Of a stretch of DNA of 64,000 nt, positions 17,484 to 27,586 are shown one piece after another (position 1 is the stretch's first letter; every line of letters starts with the position of its first letter). Both the position numbers and the translations under genes were made by a program. This DNA is from Anaerolineae bacterium (GTDB lineage: Bacteria; Chloroflexota; Anaerolineae; B4-G1; DUEL01): the NCBI GenBank assembly GCA_016931695.1, contig JAFGEI010000025.1, positions 7,266-71,265 on the forward strand, read 5' to 3'. The notes beneath the pieces are model-generated. The model was not told the origin of the DNA, made no database searches, and was given only the letters and a program-made list of their open reading frames with translations.

Positions 17484-17512
17484 TTGCCTTTCCGAGTCGT
17501 TGCGGGTACAAT
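17484..17512 (+). promoter_or_regulatory. Promoter for the molybdoenzyme operon: -35 TTGCCT (17484-17489), 17-bp spacer, -10 TACAAT (17507-17512)
   Basis: A roughly 105-nt leader follows, with inverted repeat GAGTCGTT...AACGACTC around the -10. Confidence 0.45.
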
Positions 17513-17622
17513 GGGAACGACTCAGCCAGCCGCCCTTTGAACGCCTTCCCACGCCGGAGATGGGAGAGCGGACGTGGGATAGCCGGCTGAATCACGGCAG
17601 GCTCAGTTGAAGGAGAAAGCCC

Positions 17623-18528
17623 ATGCTGGCAAGACCCGGTCTGGTATCGTTCGATTATGTACGAGCGCGCACCCCTGGAGAGGTCGTTCAACTCCTGGCC
17701 GAGCACGGCGCCGACGCGCGGTTGATGATGGGCGGCACCGACCTGCTGGTGCGCATCCGCGACGGCGCCGTCCGCCCGCGGCTGGTCGTCGATCTCAAGC
17801 ATCTGCCCGGCATGCGGGACATCTTGTACCAGCAGCAAGCCGGCTTGACCGTCGGCGCCGCGGTGACGATGAACCAGCTCGCCCGCCACCCGGCCGTGGT
17901 TGCCCACTACCCGCTCCTGGCACAGGCGGCAAATTCCGTCGCCTCGTACCCACTGCGCAACCGCGCCACCATCGGCGGCAACCTGTGCAACGCCTCCCCC
18001 TGCGCCGACACCGCCCCCCCCAGCTACGTCCTCGCGGGGCGAATCGTCGTCCACGGCAGCGCCGGCGAGCAAGAGGTGGCGATTGCCGACTTTTTCCGCG
18101 GTCCCGGCCAGACGGTGCTGCAACCCGGCCAATTTGTGACCGCCATCCGCTTTCCACCGTCCCCCGCTGCGGCATCCGGTCGCTACCTCAAGCTGGGGCG
18201 CAACAAAGCCGGCGACCTGGCCATCGTCAGCGTAGCCGTCCTCGGCTTCCCCGACGCGAGTGCCCCTTCCGGCTACCGCTTCCGCATCGCCCTGGGCGCT
18301 GTCGCGCCGGTCGTGCTGCGGGTGCCGGCGGCGGAGGAGTGGCTGGCCCACCATCCCCCCGGCGCAGAGACCTTTGCCCGCGCCGCCGACTTGGCCGCCG
18401 CGGCCGCTTCGCCCATCGATGACGTGCGCGCCAGCGCGGACTATCGGCGGGCGATGGTGCGGACGTTGACGCGGCGGGGGTTGAACGCCGTTGCCGACAC
18501 AATCGCCGCGCCGACCGGGTCGGCGTGA
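17623..18528 (+). CDS. Xanthine dehydrogenase family FAD-binding subunit (CoxM/XdhB-like)
   Basis: The family motif LMMGGTDLLVRIRDGAVRPRLVVDL...LARHPAV...NRATIGGNLCNASP is present. RBS GAAGGAG. Confidence 0.9.
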   Translation: MLARPGLVSFDYVRARTPGEVVQLLAEHGADARLMMGGTDLLVRIRDGAVRPRLVVDLKHLPGMRDILYQQQAGLTVGAAVTMNQLARHPAVVAHYPLLAQAANSVASYPLRNRATIGGNLCNASPCADTAPPSYVLAGRIVVHGSAGEQEVAIADFFRGPGQTVLQPGQFVTAIRFPPSPAAASGRYLKLGRNKAGDLAIVSVAVLGFPDASAPSGYRFRIALGAVAPVVLRVPAAEEWLAHHPPGAETFARAADLAAAAASPIDDVRASADYRRAMVRTLTRRGLNAVADTIAAPTGSA

Positions 18529-18544
18529 GAAGGGAGAAGGCAAA

Positions 18545-19018
18545 ATGGCCAACCATGCCATCACCGTCACCGTAAACGGCGTCAAAGAACGCGTCGACGT
18601 GCCCTCGAACATGACCCTGTTGGAAATGCTGCGCCAGCGCCTGGCCCTGACCGGGGCCAAGAACGGCTGCGGCGCGGGCGAGTGCGGCGCCTGCACCGTC
18701 CTGCTGGACGGCGAACCGGTCAACGCCTGCATGGTGCTGGCCGCAGAAGTGGACGGGGCCGCGGTCGTCACCGTCGAAGGGCTGGCTCAGGACGGCCAGT
18801 TGAGCGCCGTCCAGCAGGCGTTCGTCGAGGAAGGGGGCGTCCAGTGCGGCTTTTGCACGCCCGGCATGCTCATCTCGGCGCACGCCCTGCTGCAGCGCAA
18901 CCCGCGTCCCACCGAAGACGAGATCCGCGAGGCGCTGGTCGGCAACCTCTGCCGCTGTACCGGCTACACCCGCATCGTCCGCGCGGTGCAAAAAGCGGCC
19001 CAAGGAGGGGTAGAATGA
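18545..19018 (+). CDS. (2Fe-2S)-binding small subunit (CoxS-like)
   Basis: [11 protein letters not shown] and QCGFCTPGM...CRCTGY carry the two [2Fe-2S] cysteine clusters. Confidence 0.9.
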   Translation: MANHAITVTVNGVKERVDVPSNMTLLEMLRQRLALTGAKNGCGAGECGACTVLLDGEPVNACMVLAAEVDGAAVVTVEGLAQDGQLSAVQQAFVEEGGVQCGFCTPGMLISAHALLQRNPRPTEDEIREALVGNLCRCTGYTRIVRAVQKAAQGGVE

Positions 19019-21345
19019 GCGAACAGACGACCAACCCCGTCGGCAAGAGCGTGCCCCGCGTGGACGCTTACGACAAGGTCACCGGCGCGGCGGCGTTTAC
19101 CGATGACCTGCAGTTTGGCCCTGGGCTGCTCTTTGGACGCGCGGTGCGCAGTCCATATCCCCACGCGCTGATCAAGCGCCTGGACGTGGGGCCGGCCCTG
19201 GAGCTGCGCGGCGTCAAGGCGGTGGTCACCGGCGCGGATACCCCCGGCTTTATCGGCCTCTACCTCAAGGACCGGCACATCTTTTGCACCGACCGGGTGC
19301 GCTACGTTGGGGACCCGGTGGCCGGGGTCGTCGCCGCCAGCGAAGAGATCGCCGAGGAAGCGGCCCGGCGGGTCGTGGTCGAGTACGAGGAACTGCCGGC
19401 CGTCCTGGACCCGCTGCAGGCGATCCAGCCCGACGCCCCGCTGCTGCACCCCGATCTCGGCTCGTACGACGTGGTGCCCTTCATCTTTCCCCAACCGGGC
19501 ACGAACATATCGAACGTCTTTCGCGTGCGCAAGGGCGACGTGGAGGGCGCGTGGGCGCAGTGCGACGCGGTCGTCGCGGACACCTACCGCGTCCCCCACA
19601 TTCAGCACGTGCCGATCGAACCCCACGTCGCCATTGCCCGCTGGGACCTGTCGGGGGAGGTGACGCTGTGGAGCAGCACCCAGTCCCCCTTTGCCCAGCG
19701 CGACCTGATCGCGCACACGTTGGGCATCTCCCAGGGCGACATGCGGGTGATCGGCAATTACATCGGCGGCGGATTCGGCTCCAAGGCCGGCGTGTCGATG
19801 GAGGCGTTGGCCGTGGCGATGGCGCGCCAGGTGCCGGGCCGCCCGGTCAAGGTGCGCATGACCCGCGAGGAAGAGTTCTACTGCTGCTTTGTGCGCCAGG
19901 GCCTGGTGGCCCGGGTCAAGATCGGCGGCACGAAAGAGGGGCGGATCCTGGCGCTGCAGGTGGAGTATTATTGGGACGCCGGGGCCTATACCGAGTACGG
20001 GGTCAACATCACCCGCGCCGCCGGCTATTCCTCCACCGGCCCCTACAACATTCCCAACGTCAAGACCGACTCTTATTGTCTCTACACCAACCATCCGGTC
20101 GGCGGGCCGATGCGCGGGTTCGGCATGCCGGAAATTCACTGGAGCATCGAGCAGTCGGTCGACCAGCTGGCGGAGGCGCTGGCGATCGATCCCGTCGCCT
20201 TCCGCCAGCGCAACTGTGTCCAGGGCGGCGACGTCATCGTGACCGGGATGACCATGCACCCCCACGGCCTCTCCGAGTGCATCGAGCGGGTCGCGCAGCG
20301 CATCGACTGGGGCAAAAAGGAGGTGCCCTCAGCCCCCCACAAGCGGCGCGGCAAGGGCGTCGCCGCCTGCTGGAAGGCGCCGGCGATGCCGCCCAACCCC
20401 GGCTCCGAGGCCTGGGTGCGCTTTAACGAGGACGCCACCGTCAGCGTCGGCGTCGGGGGGCAGGAATTGGGCCAGGGGGCGTTCACCGTCGCCGCCCAGG
20501 TCGCCGCCGAGGCGCTGGGCATCCCCTACGAATGGGTGCGCATCGCCAACCCCGTCGACACCAAGTACAGCCCCTACGAATGGCAGACCGTCGCCAGCCG
20601 CATCACCTGGTCGATGGGCAACGCGGTCAAGGCCGCCGCCGAGGACGCCCGGCGGCAGATTCTCGAGATCGTCGCCCGCTACTGGGATCAGGACCCCGGC
20701 GACCTGGACATCCGCGGCGGCGAGGTGGTCTCGTCCAAGAGCGAGCAGTCCCTCTCGCTGCGCAACCTGGTCGTCTACGGCCTGCCGCTGCCGGACGACC
20801 AGGGCTGGATCGGCGGCCCGATCATTGGCCGCGGCAAGTTTATGCCCACCTACGTCACTGGCCTCGACCCGGAGACGGGCCAGGGAGCGCGGGCGGTGGT
20901 CCATTACACCACCGGCGCCCAGGCAGCCGAGGTGGAGGTCGACCTGGAGACCGGCCGCGTCGAGCTGCTGTGCATCGCCGCGGCCTACGACGTGGGCAAA
21001 GCGATCAACCCCGAGCAGGTCCACGCCCAGTTGGAGGGCGGCGTGGTGCAGGGAGCCAGCTCGGCACTGCTGGAGGCGCTGACGTTCCAGGACGGGCGCC
21101 CGGTCAACGCCTCCTTCGTCGACTACCGGATCATGACGGCGGTCGACGCGCCGCAGCGGATCCTGACCGATTTCGTGGAGGTGCCGCAGGACGATGGGCC
21201 GTGGGGCGCGCGCGGCGTCGGCGAGCACCCGATGATCGCCACCGCGCCGGCCATCGCCAACGCCATCTATGACGCCCTGGGCATCCGCTTCAACGACCTG
21301 CCGCTGACGGCGGAAAAGATCTATTTGGCGCTGCAAGGGGCGTAG
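19015..21345 (+). CDS. Molybdopterin-binding large subunit of a xanthine dehydrogenase family oxidoreductase
   Basis: ATG 19015 overlaps the upstream stop (ATGA). Family hallmarks are GNYIGGGFGSKAGVS and the C-terminal region. The form I CODH motif AYRCSFR is absent. Confidence 0.9.
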   Translation: MSEQTTNPVGKSVPRVDAYDKVTGAAAFTDDLQFGPGLLFGRAVRSPYPHALIKRLDVGPALELRGVKAVVTGADTPGFIGLYLKDRHIFCTDRVRYVGDPVAGVVAASEEIAEEAARRVVVEYEELPAVLDPLQAIQPDAPLLHPDLGSYDVVPFIFPQPGTNISNVFRVRKGDVEGAWAQCDAVVADTYRVPHIQHVPIEPHVAIARWDLSGEVTLWSSTQSPFAQRDLIAHTLGISQGDMRVIGNYIGGGFGSKAGVSMEALAVAMARQVPGRPVKVRMTREEEFYCCFVRQGLVARVKIGGTKEGRILALQVEYYWDAGAYTEYGVNITRAAGYSSTGPYNIPNVKTDSYCLYTNHPVGGPMRGFGMPEIHWSIEQSVDQLAEALAIDPVAFRQRNCVQGGDVIVTGMTMHPHGLSECIERVAQRIDWGKKEVPSAPHKRRGKGVAACWKAPAMPPNPGSEAWVRFNEDATVSVGVGGQELGQGAFTVAAQVAAEALGIPYEWVRIANPVDTKYSPYEWQTVASRITWSMGNAVKAAAEDARRQILEIVARYWDQDPGDLDIRGGEVVSSKSEQSLSLRNLVVYGLPLPDDQGWIGGPIIGRGKFMPTYVTGLDPETGQGARAVVHYTTGAQAAEVEVDLETGRVELLCIAAAYDVGKAINPEQVHAQLEGGVVQGASSALLEALTFQDGRPVNASFVDYRIMTAVDAPQRILTDFVEVPQDDGPWGARGVGEHPMIATAPAIANAIYDALGIRFNDLPLTAEKIYLALQGA

Positions 21346-21394
21346 AAGCGCGTGGATGGGCCAGAGTGAAACTCTGGCCCATCCACGCGCTTCT
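21346..21394. terminator. Strong bidirectional hairpin (21-bp perfect stem, 7-nt loop) between convergent genes; member of a repeated GGATGGGCC...GGCCCATCC element
   Basis: AAGCGCGTGGATGGGCCAGAG tgaaact CTCTGGCCCATCCACGCGCTT. A second partial copy CTCTGGCCCATCC is at 21399-21411. Confidence 0.55.
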
Positions 21395-21519
21395 TGTACT
21401 CTGGCCCATCCCCAGCAATCCCCAGTGCAACCTGGCGGAAATCCTCGCCCGGTTCACTCGCTCATAGGGGATTGCCAGATCCCGGCCGAGCGCGAAACCG
21501 GCGATCGATTTCTACCGAC

Positions 21520-23004
21520 CTAGCTTGCCGGCGCGCCAAAGATGAGGCTGACCAGGCAGATCACGCAGCTCAGGAAAATCGTCGCCGTGATCCCCAGCGC
21601 CAGCCATATTCGCCCGGAAGCCTTGCCCAACCAGGCAAAGAGCGGCTCCTTCCCGGCCAGCTCCTTTTCCACGCCCGCCAGCCGGTCGCGCCGCCGCCAG
21701 ATGATCCACGCCAGGTAGGGCAGCCCCAGCAAGAACACGCTGAGCCCAAAAAAGGCGTCGAGCGCCTGTTCGAACGACGGGTCCAACTGCCCGCTGGCGA
21801 CGTCGCGGACGTTGACCGAAAAGAGGGTCAGGCTGATGATTAGCAGTACAAAGCCAAAGCCGAGCAGGATGCGCCCGCTGCGGGGAACAATCGTCCCCTC
21901 CTTGTTGGCAAAGGAAGAAACGGTGCCCAAGACGCCATAGACCATCAAGGCGACGAAAAGGAGCAGCGGGGGAAAAAGGCCCAGTCTCTCCAGCGCCAGA
22001 CCCAACGGGTCGGAAATGTCCTGGCCCTCCACGGTCATCATCAAGCCGAGGATAAAAATCGGGATGACGATGCTGAGAGCGAGGACAATCGACATGTTCC
22101 GCGCGTTCCAGCGGCGCAAGAGGGCCAGCACGATCATCAGCATCGTCAGCGGCAGGACGGTGACGAGGGCGTCCAAAAAAAAGACTTGGCCCAGCCGGGT
22201 ATCCAGCCCGTTCATGGCGATGGCAAAAAGCGCCAGCGCGGGACGGATCAGGATCAGGCAAACCGTCAGGGCGCCCAGGAACTCGCCGGGGAAGAGGCGG
22301 CGCAAGGTGGTGACGACGCCGCGCGCAACGCTGACCGCCATGTCGACGACGGCCAGGCCGAAAAAGAACCACAGGGGGATCGTGAGCATGCTGAACAGGC
22401 TGGAGACGGCGTGCAGGGCGTCGGCCAGGGCGTCGTTCGTTTGGTAGGAGAAAAAGAACAGCAGGACGTAAAAGAGCATCGCCATCAGCCAAAAAAAGAA
22501 TTCGACCAACGGGAAATCGCGCCAGTAGCGCCGCCCGCGGGTGAGAAAATAGGTGACGACGACCCCGATGACCAATGGCGGAGCGGTGCAAAACCAGACG
22601 ACCATGACGTTACCCTGGGGGAGAAAGAGAAACAGCTGGACGAAGGCGAGTGCAATGAGCGGCACAAAGACCCGCCGCCGGCAGTCGGTGGCGCCGGTGA
22701 GGATATAGGCCCAGCTCAGGGCGAATGACAGCCCGCTGATGACGATTACCGGAAAGGGAATCTGCCGCATGCCGATTTCTTCCGTGGGCAGATAGGTCGT
22801 CATTGGGAGGTTGTCGTACAGCAGTTCCACGAGCAGGGCCAGCCCCAGCAGGACAAAAACGCCGAGATAGCCCAGGAGTGCCAGGATTTTGAGGCTGAGC
22901 GAGAGGCCCCGAAAATCGATCAGCGCATCGCGAAAGGGGAGGAGAAAAAGGCGCAGCACGCGCGGTATGAGGTTGAAAGCTTTTTGCAATGGGTGATTGG
23001 ACAT
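21520..23004 (-). CDS. Hypothetical polytopic membrane protein (about 12 TM)
   Basis: ORF 21520..23067. The start is likely MSNHPLQKAF (23004). The protein is very hydrophobic and no motif is recognised. Confidence 0.6.
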   Translation of the reverse strand: MSNHPLQKAFNLIPRVLRLFLLPFRDALIDFRGLSLSLKILALLGYLGVFVLLGLALLVELLYDNLPMTTYLPTEEIGMRQIPFPVIVISGLSFALSWAYILTGATDCRRRVFVPLIALAFVQLFLFLPQGNVMVVWFCTAPPLVIGVVVTYFLTRGRRYWRDFPLVEFFFWLMAMLFYVLLFFFSYQTNDALADALHAVSSLFSMLTIPLWFFFGLAVVDMAVSVARGVVTTLRRLFPGEFLGALTVCLILIRPALALFAIAMNGLDTRLGQVFFLDALVTVLPLTMLMIVLALLRRWNARNMSIVLALSIVIPIFILGLMMTVEGQDISDPLGLALERLGLFPPLLLFVALMVYGVLGTVSSFANKEGTIVPRSGRILLGFGFVLLIISLTLFSVNVRDVASGQLDPSFEQALDAFFGLSVFLLGLPYLAWIIWRRRDRLAGVEKELAGKEPLFAWLGKASGRIWLALGITATIFLSCVICLVSLIFGAPAS

Positions 23005-23103
23005 AGTAGCGCGTATTGTAGCATAATGGGGCCGGAGTACAACTCCAGCCCCTTCCCTGCTCCACAAAACGCTTCCGCTTGGAAATCCCTCGGCCGTACC
23101 TCC

Positions 23104-23131
23104 TTGACCTCCTATCCATTGATGGTAGAAT
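23104..23131 (+). promoter_or_regulatory. Promoter for ABC exporter operon: -35 TTGACC (23104-23109), 16-bp spacer, -10 TAGAAT (23126-23131)
   Basis: Followed by RBS GAGGAG and GTG 23178. Confidence 0.45.
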
Positions 23132-23177
23132 ACCCGCCGGTATCTTGTGACTGTACAGCATTCAGAGGAGTGCGCCC

Positions 23178-25418
23178 GTGATTCGATTGACCAGGTATCT
23201 CAGGCCCTATCTGCCCATGGTGTTGATCGCCATCGTCCTCCTGTTTGCGCAGGCCAACTTTGACCTGGCGCTGCCGGACTATCTCTCGCGGATTGTCAAC
23301 GTCGGCATTCAGCAGGGTGGGGTGGAAAGCGCCGTTCCGCTGGCCGTCCGCCAGAGCCAGATGGAGCGGCTGATGATCTTTATCGCTGCCGAGGAGCAGG
23401 CAGAGGTGCTCGCCGCCTACACCCTGGTGGACCAGGACGCGCCGCAGTATGCGGACGCCGTTCGAGATTATCCCGTCCTGGAAAGCGAAGCGGTCTATGT
23501 TCTGAACGACGTCGAAGAGGAGACGATCGAGCAGTTGAACCCCGTGATGGGCAGGGCGATCCTCGTTGTATCCATGATCGAGCGCGTGGTGGCGGACCCG
23601 TCCCTCGTTGCCGAGATGGGGGGGGATTTCACGTTCGACCCCGGCATGATCCCGCCGGGCATGGACGTTTTCGCCTTCTTGCAGCAGCTGCCTGCGCCGG
23701 TGCTGGAGCGGATGGGCGGCATGATCGACGAGCGGTTTGGCGCGCTGGGGGAGAAAATGATCGTCCAGGCGGCGGCGGCCCCCATCCTGGCGGAGTATGC
23801 GGCGCTGGGCATGGACACGGAAAGCCTGCAGACCCGCTACATCCTGCGCGTTGGTGGGTGGATGCTGCTGCTGACCCTGCTGTCCGGCCTCTGCACCATC
23901 GCCGTCGGCTACCTGTCGGCCCGGACCGCGGCGGGGGCGGCGCGCGACGTGCGCCGGGGCCTGTTCCGCCGGGTCGAGAGCTTTTCCAACGCCGAGTTCG
24001 ACGCTTTTTCTACTGCATCGCTCATCACGCGCTCTACGAACGACATCACCCAGATCCAGATGGTCATTATCTTTTTGGTGCGCATGGTATTTTACGCGCC
24101 GATCATGGGCGTGGGTGGCGTCATCCGCGCCGTCGGCAAGGGCGGCTCGATGGGTTGGATCATTGCTGTGGCGGTGCTGGTGCTCATCGGCCTGGTCCTG
24201 ATCATCACTTCCATCGCCCTCCCCAAGTTCAAGGCCTTGCAACAGATGATCGACCGCATCAACCTGGTAGCGCGGGAAAGCCTGTCCGGCATGATGGTCA
24301 TCCGGGCGTTCAACCGCCAGGCGTTCGAGGAAAGGCGCTTTGACGAGGCCAACCTCGACCTGACCGCGGTCAGTCTCTTTGTCAACCGCTTGATAGTAGT
24401 CATGATGCCGACGATGATGCTGATCATGAACGGCCTCTTTATTACAATCATGTGGGTCGGTGCGCACCAGGTTGCCGAGGCCAACATGCAGGTCGGCGAC
24501 ATGATCGCCTTTATCCAGTATGCTATGCAAATTGTGATGTCGTTCCTGATGCTGACCATGTTGTTCATCATCCTGCCGCGCGCCTCGGTGTCGGCCGATC
24601 GAATCGCTGAGGTACTGGATACAGAGCCCGCGATTCGCGACCCCGAACAGCCGCTCCAGTTTCCCGTCTCACCCCGCGGGCGGATCGAGTTCCGCGACGT
24701 CTCTTTTCGCTATCCCGATGCGCTCGACGACGTGCTGTGCAACATTACCTTTACTGCCGAACCGGGTCAAACCACCGCTTTTATCGGCTCCACCGGCAGC
24801 GGCAAATCGACGCTGGTGAACCTGATCCCCCGCTTCTACGACGTGACCGAGGGCGCCATCCTCGTCGACGGCGTCGACGTCCGCCACGTCACCCAGCACG
24901 ACCTGCGCGAGCGCATCGGCTACATCCCGCAGACCGGTATCTTGTTCTCCGGCACCATCGAGAGCAACCTGCGCTACGCCGACGAGGACGCCAGCGCCGA
25001 AACCGTGCGCGAGGCGGTCGACATTGCCCAGGCGAGCGAGTTCATCTTTGCCCATCCAGCGGGCATGGATGCCGAAATATCTCAAGGCGGCACCAACGTC
25101 TCTGGGGGGCAGAAGCAGCGGCTGGCCATCGCCCGCGCCCTGGTCAAGAAACCCCCAATTTACATCTTTGACGACAGCTTTTCCGCCCTCGACTTTCGGA
25201 CCGAGTACGCCCTGCGAATGGCGCTCAAGGAGAAAACGGGGCAGAGCACGGTGCTGGTCGTGACCCAGCGGGTCTCGACGATCAAAAACGCGGAGCAGAT
25301 CGTTGTGTTGGATGAGGGGCGAATCGTCGGCAAGGGGACACATCGGCAGCTGATGGAGACATGCCAAACCTATCGCGAGATCGCCCTCTCCCAGTTGAGC
25401 GTGGAGGAACTGGCATGA
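23178..25418 (+). CDS. ABC exporter fused permease/ATPase subunit (heterodimer partner A) with a large insertion in the first external loop
   Basis: Walker A GSTGSGKST, signature LSGGQKQRLAIARAL and Walker B IYIFDDSFSALD. About 150 extra residues lie between TM1 and TM2. Confidence 0.88.
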   Translation: MIRLTRYLRPYLPMVLIAIVLLFAQANFDLALPDYLSRIVNVGIQQGGVESAVPLAVRQSQMERLMIFIAAEEQAEVLAAYTLVDQDAPQYADAVRDYPVLESEAVYVLNDVEEETIEQLNPVMGRAILVVSMIERVVADPSLVAEMGGDFTFDPGMIPPGMDVFAFLQQLPAPVLERMGGMIDERFGALGEKMIVQAAAAPILAEYAALGMDTESLQTRYILRVGGWMLLLTLLSGLCTIAVGYLSARTAAGAARDVRRGLFRRVESFSNAEFDAFSTASLITRSTNDITQIQMVIIFLVRMVFYAPIMGVGGVIRAVGKGGSMGWIIAVAVLVLIGLVLIITSIALPKFKALQQMIDRINLVARESLSGMMVIRAFNRQAFEERRFDEANLDLTAVSLFVNRLIVVMMPTMMLIMNGLFITIMWVGAHQVAEANMQVGDMIAFIQYAMQIVMSFLMLTMLFIILPRASVSADRIAEVLDTEPAIRDPEQPLQFPVSPRGRIEFRDVSFRYPDALDDVLCNITFTAEPGQTTAFIGSTGSGKSTLVNLIPRFYDVTEGAILVDGVDVRHVTQHDLRERIGYIPQTGILFSGTIESNLRYADEDASAETVREAVDIAQASEFIFAHPAGMDAEISQGGTNVSGGQKQRLAIARALVKKPPIYIFDDSFSALDFRTEYALRMALKEKTGQSTVLVVTQRVSTIKNAEQIVVLDEGRIVGKGTHRQLMETCQTYREIALSQLSVEELA

Positions 25419-27289
25419 GCGCCCATAACGGTGGGGCGGGCGGGCAGAGGCAGGGGATCCGGCGCGGCCCGTTTGGGCACCGCGGGCCGGCGGCCATGAT
25501 GCCCGGCGACAAGGCCCAGGATTTTGCGGGCACGATGGCCAAACTGATCCGCTACCTGGGCCGGTACCGGTGGCTGTTGATTGTCGTCTTGCTGTTTGCC
25601 GTCGCCTCGACGGCAGCCAGCATTGCCGGTCCCAAGTTATTGGGCCAGGCCACCACCCGGCTGTTCGAGGGGGTGCTGGCGCAGCTGAGCGGCAGCGGCG
25701 AGATCGACTTTCAGTACATTGGCCGGATACTGTTGCTGACTTTGGGTCTCTACCTGGTGTCCGCTATCTTTAGCTCTATCCAGGGTTGGATCATGGCCGA
25801 CATTTCGACCAACATCGCCTACCGCTTTCGCCGGGATATAGCTGAAAAGATCAACCGCATGCCGCTGAGCTATTTCGACCACACCACCCAGGGGGAGGTG
25901 CTCTCGCGCATCACGAACGACGTGGATACGATCAACCAGACGTTGAGCCAGGGGCTGACCCAGATCATCACCTCGGCCGTCACGGTGGTTGGGGTGTTGG
26001 CCATGATGTTTTCCATCAACTGGCTCATGACCGTGGTGGCGCTTTTAATCCTTCCCCTCTCGCTGGGCATGATCGCGCTGATCGTCAGGCAGTCGCAAAA
26101 GCATTTCAAGCGGCAGCAGGACTATTTGGGGCACGTCAACGGCCACGTGGAAGAGATGTACGGCGGGCATATCGTGGTCAAGGCGTTTAACGGCGAAGAA
26201 AAGAGCGTCCGGGTATTTGACGGCTTTAACAACATCCTCTACGATTCGGCCTGGAGGTCCCAGTTCTTGTCAGGCCTGATGATGCCGCTCATGATGTTCA
26301 TCGGCAACCTGGGTTACGTGGTGATCGCCGTGATGGGCGGCTGGCTGGCGGTCCGCGGTGCCATCACCGTCGGCGACATCCAGGCCTTTATCCAGTACGT
26401 CCGCTCGTTCATCCAACCCATCCGGCAGCTGGCCAACGTCGCGAACGTGCTCCAACAGACCGCTGCCGCGGCTGAGCGGGTGTTCGAGTTTCTCGACGAA
26501 GCGGAAGAGGTGGTCGAAACGGATCAGCCGTTGAAGCTGGAGCAGGTGCAGGGCCAGGTCGTGTTCGAGGACTTGCAGTTTGGCTATAACCCGGAGAAAA
26601 TCGTCATCAACTCGTTTAGCGCAGTCGCCCAGCCGGGGCAAAAAGTTGCCATCGTGGGGCCGACCGGCGCTGGCAAGACGACGATTGTCAAGCTGCTGAT
26701 GCGGTTCTACGACGTGAATGAAGGGGCAATCCTGGTGGACGGCCACGACGTCCGCGACTTGACCCGGCACGATTTGCGCCGTCTGTTCGGCATGGTGCTG
26801 CAAGACACCTGGCTGTTCAAGGGCAGCATCATGGAAAACATCCGCTACGGCCGGCTCGAGGCGACCGACGAACAGGTCATTGCGGCGGCTCAAACGGCCC
26901 ACGCCGACCATTTTGTGCGCACCCTGCCGGCCGGTTATCACATGGAGATCAACGAGGAGGGGACAAACGTCTCCCAGGGCCAGAAGCAGCTGCTGACCAT
27001 TGCCCGCGCCGTGCTGGCCAACCCGCCGATGCTCATTCTGGACGAAGCGACCAGCTCGGTCGATACCCGCACCGAGATCTTGATCCAGCAGGCGATGGAC
27101 AGATTGATGGCTGGCCGCACCAGCTTTATCATCGCCCACCGCCTGTCCACGATCCGCAACGCCGACGTCATCCTGGTCGTGAACGAGGGCGACATTGTCG
27201 AGAGCGGCCGGCACGAGGAATTGTTGGCGCGGGGCGGCTTTTACGCCGAGCTGTACAACAGCCAGTTCGCAAATGCCTACATCGAATAA
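25415..27289 (+). CDS. ABC exporter fused permease/ATPase subunit (heterodimer partner B)
   Basis: ATG 25415 overlaps the upstream stop (ATGA). Walker A GPTGAGKTT, signature VSQGQKQLLTIARAV and Walker B LILDEATSSVD. Confidence 0.9.
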   Translation: MSAHNGGAGGQRQGIRRGPFGHRGPAAMMPGDKAQDFAGTMAKLIRYLGRYRWLLIVVLLFAVASTAASIAGPKLLGQATTRLFEGVLAQLSGSGEIDFQYIGRILLLTLGLYLVSAIFSSIQGWIMADISTNIAYRFRRDIAEKINRMPLSYFDHTTQGEVLSRITNDVDTINQTLSQGLTQIITSAVTVVGVLAMMFSINWLMTVVALLILPLSLGMIALIVRQSQKHFKRQQDYLGHVNGHVEEMYGGHIVVKAFNGEEKSVRVFDGFNNILYDSAWRSQFLSGLMMPLMMFIGNLGYVVIAVMGGWLAVRGAITVGDIQAFIQYVRSFIQPIRQLANVANVLQQTAAAAERVFEFLDEAEEVVETDQPLKLEQVQGQVVFEDLQFGYNPEKIVINSFSAVAQPGQKVAIVGPTGAGKTTIVKLLMRFYDVNEGAILVDGHDVRDLTRHDLRRLFGMVLQDTWLFKGSIMENIRYGRLEATDEQVIAAAQTAHADHFVRTLPAGYHMEINEEGTNVSQGQKQLLTIARAVLANPPMLILDEATSSVDTRTEILIQQAMDRLMAGRTSFIIAHRLSTIRNADVILVVNEGDIVESGRHEELLARGGFYAELYNSQFANAYIE

Positions 27290-27333
27290 TGAGCCCATCA
27301 ACCCGATCGCCAAATCCCGATTCGGGACGAACT

Positions 27334-27361
27334 TGACATTCTCGCTAGAGCCACTACAATA
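27334..27361 (+). promoter_or_regulatory. Strong promoter: -35 TTGACA (27334-27339), 16-bp spacer, -10 TACAAT (27356-27361)
   Basis: Perfect -35. About 225 nt of structured leader lie before the ssb-like ATG (27587). Confidence 0.5.
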
Positions 27362-27586
27362 ACCGTCAGACGTCACGGCTCAGGCTGCTTGCCCACGGCA
27401 AAAAGACATCCAGGGGCGGCTGGCCGAGCCGCTGCGAACAAGCAACATAGCTCACATCACAGCCCAGGTCCAGTGAATCGGATACGTTGCACACGCGCCG
27501 GCCCCAGGGCCGGCGCGCGATCTTGAGGAGGTCAATGATGCTGACAATGTACACCACCTGCTCATTGGAATGGCGGGAGGCGGGAA

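Noticed and set aside
14150-17590. 1146-aa plus-strand ORF antisense to the S8 protease
   Set aside because: Gly/Asp/Arg-rich antisense artefact of a long high-GC gene. The protease frame has an intact catalytic triad.
17623-21345. Form I or II carbon monoxide dehydrogenase (coxMSL)
   Set aside because: Gene order matches, but the large subunit lacks the AYRCSFR / AYRGAGR active-site loop and carries the generic GGGFGSK. It is called a generic XDH-family oxidoreductase instead.
27366-27557. 63-aa minus-strand ORF between the ABC exporter and ssb
   Set aside because: It lies in the structured leader downstream of a strong plus-strand promoter. There is no RBS.
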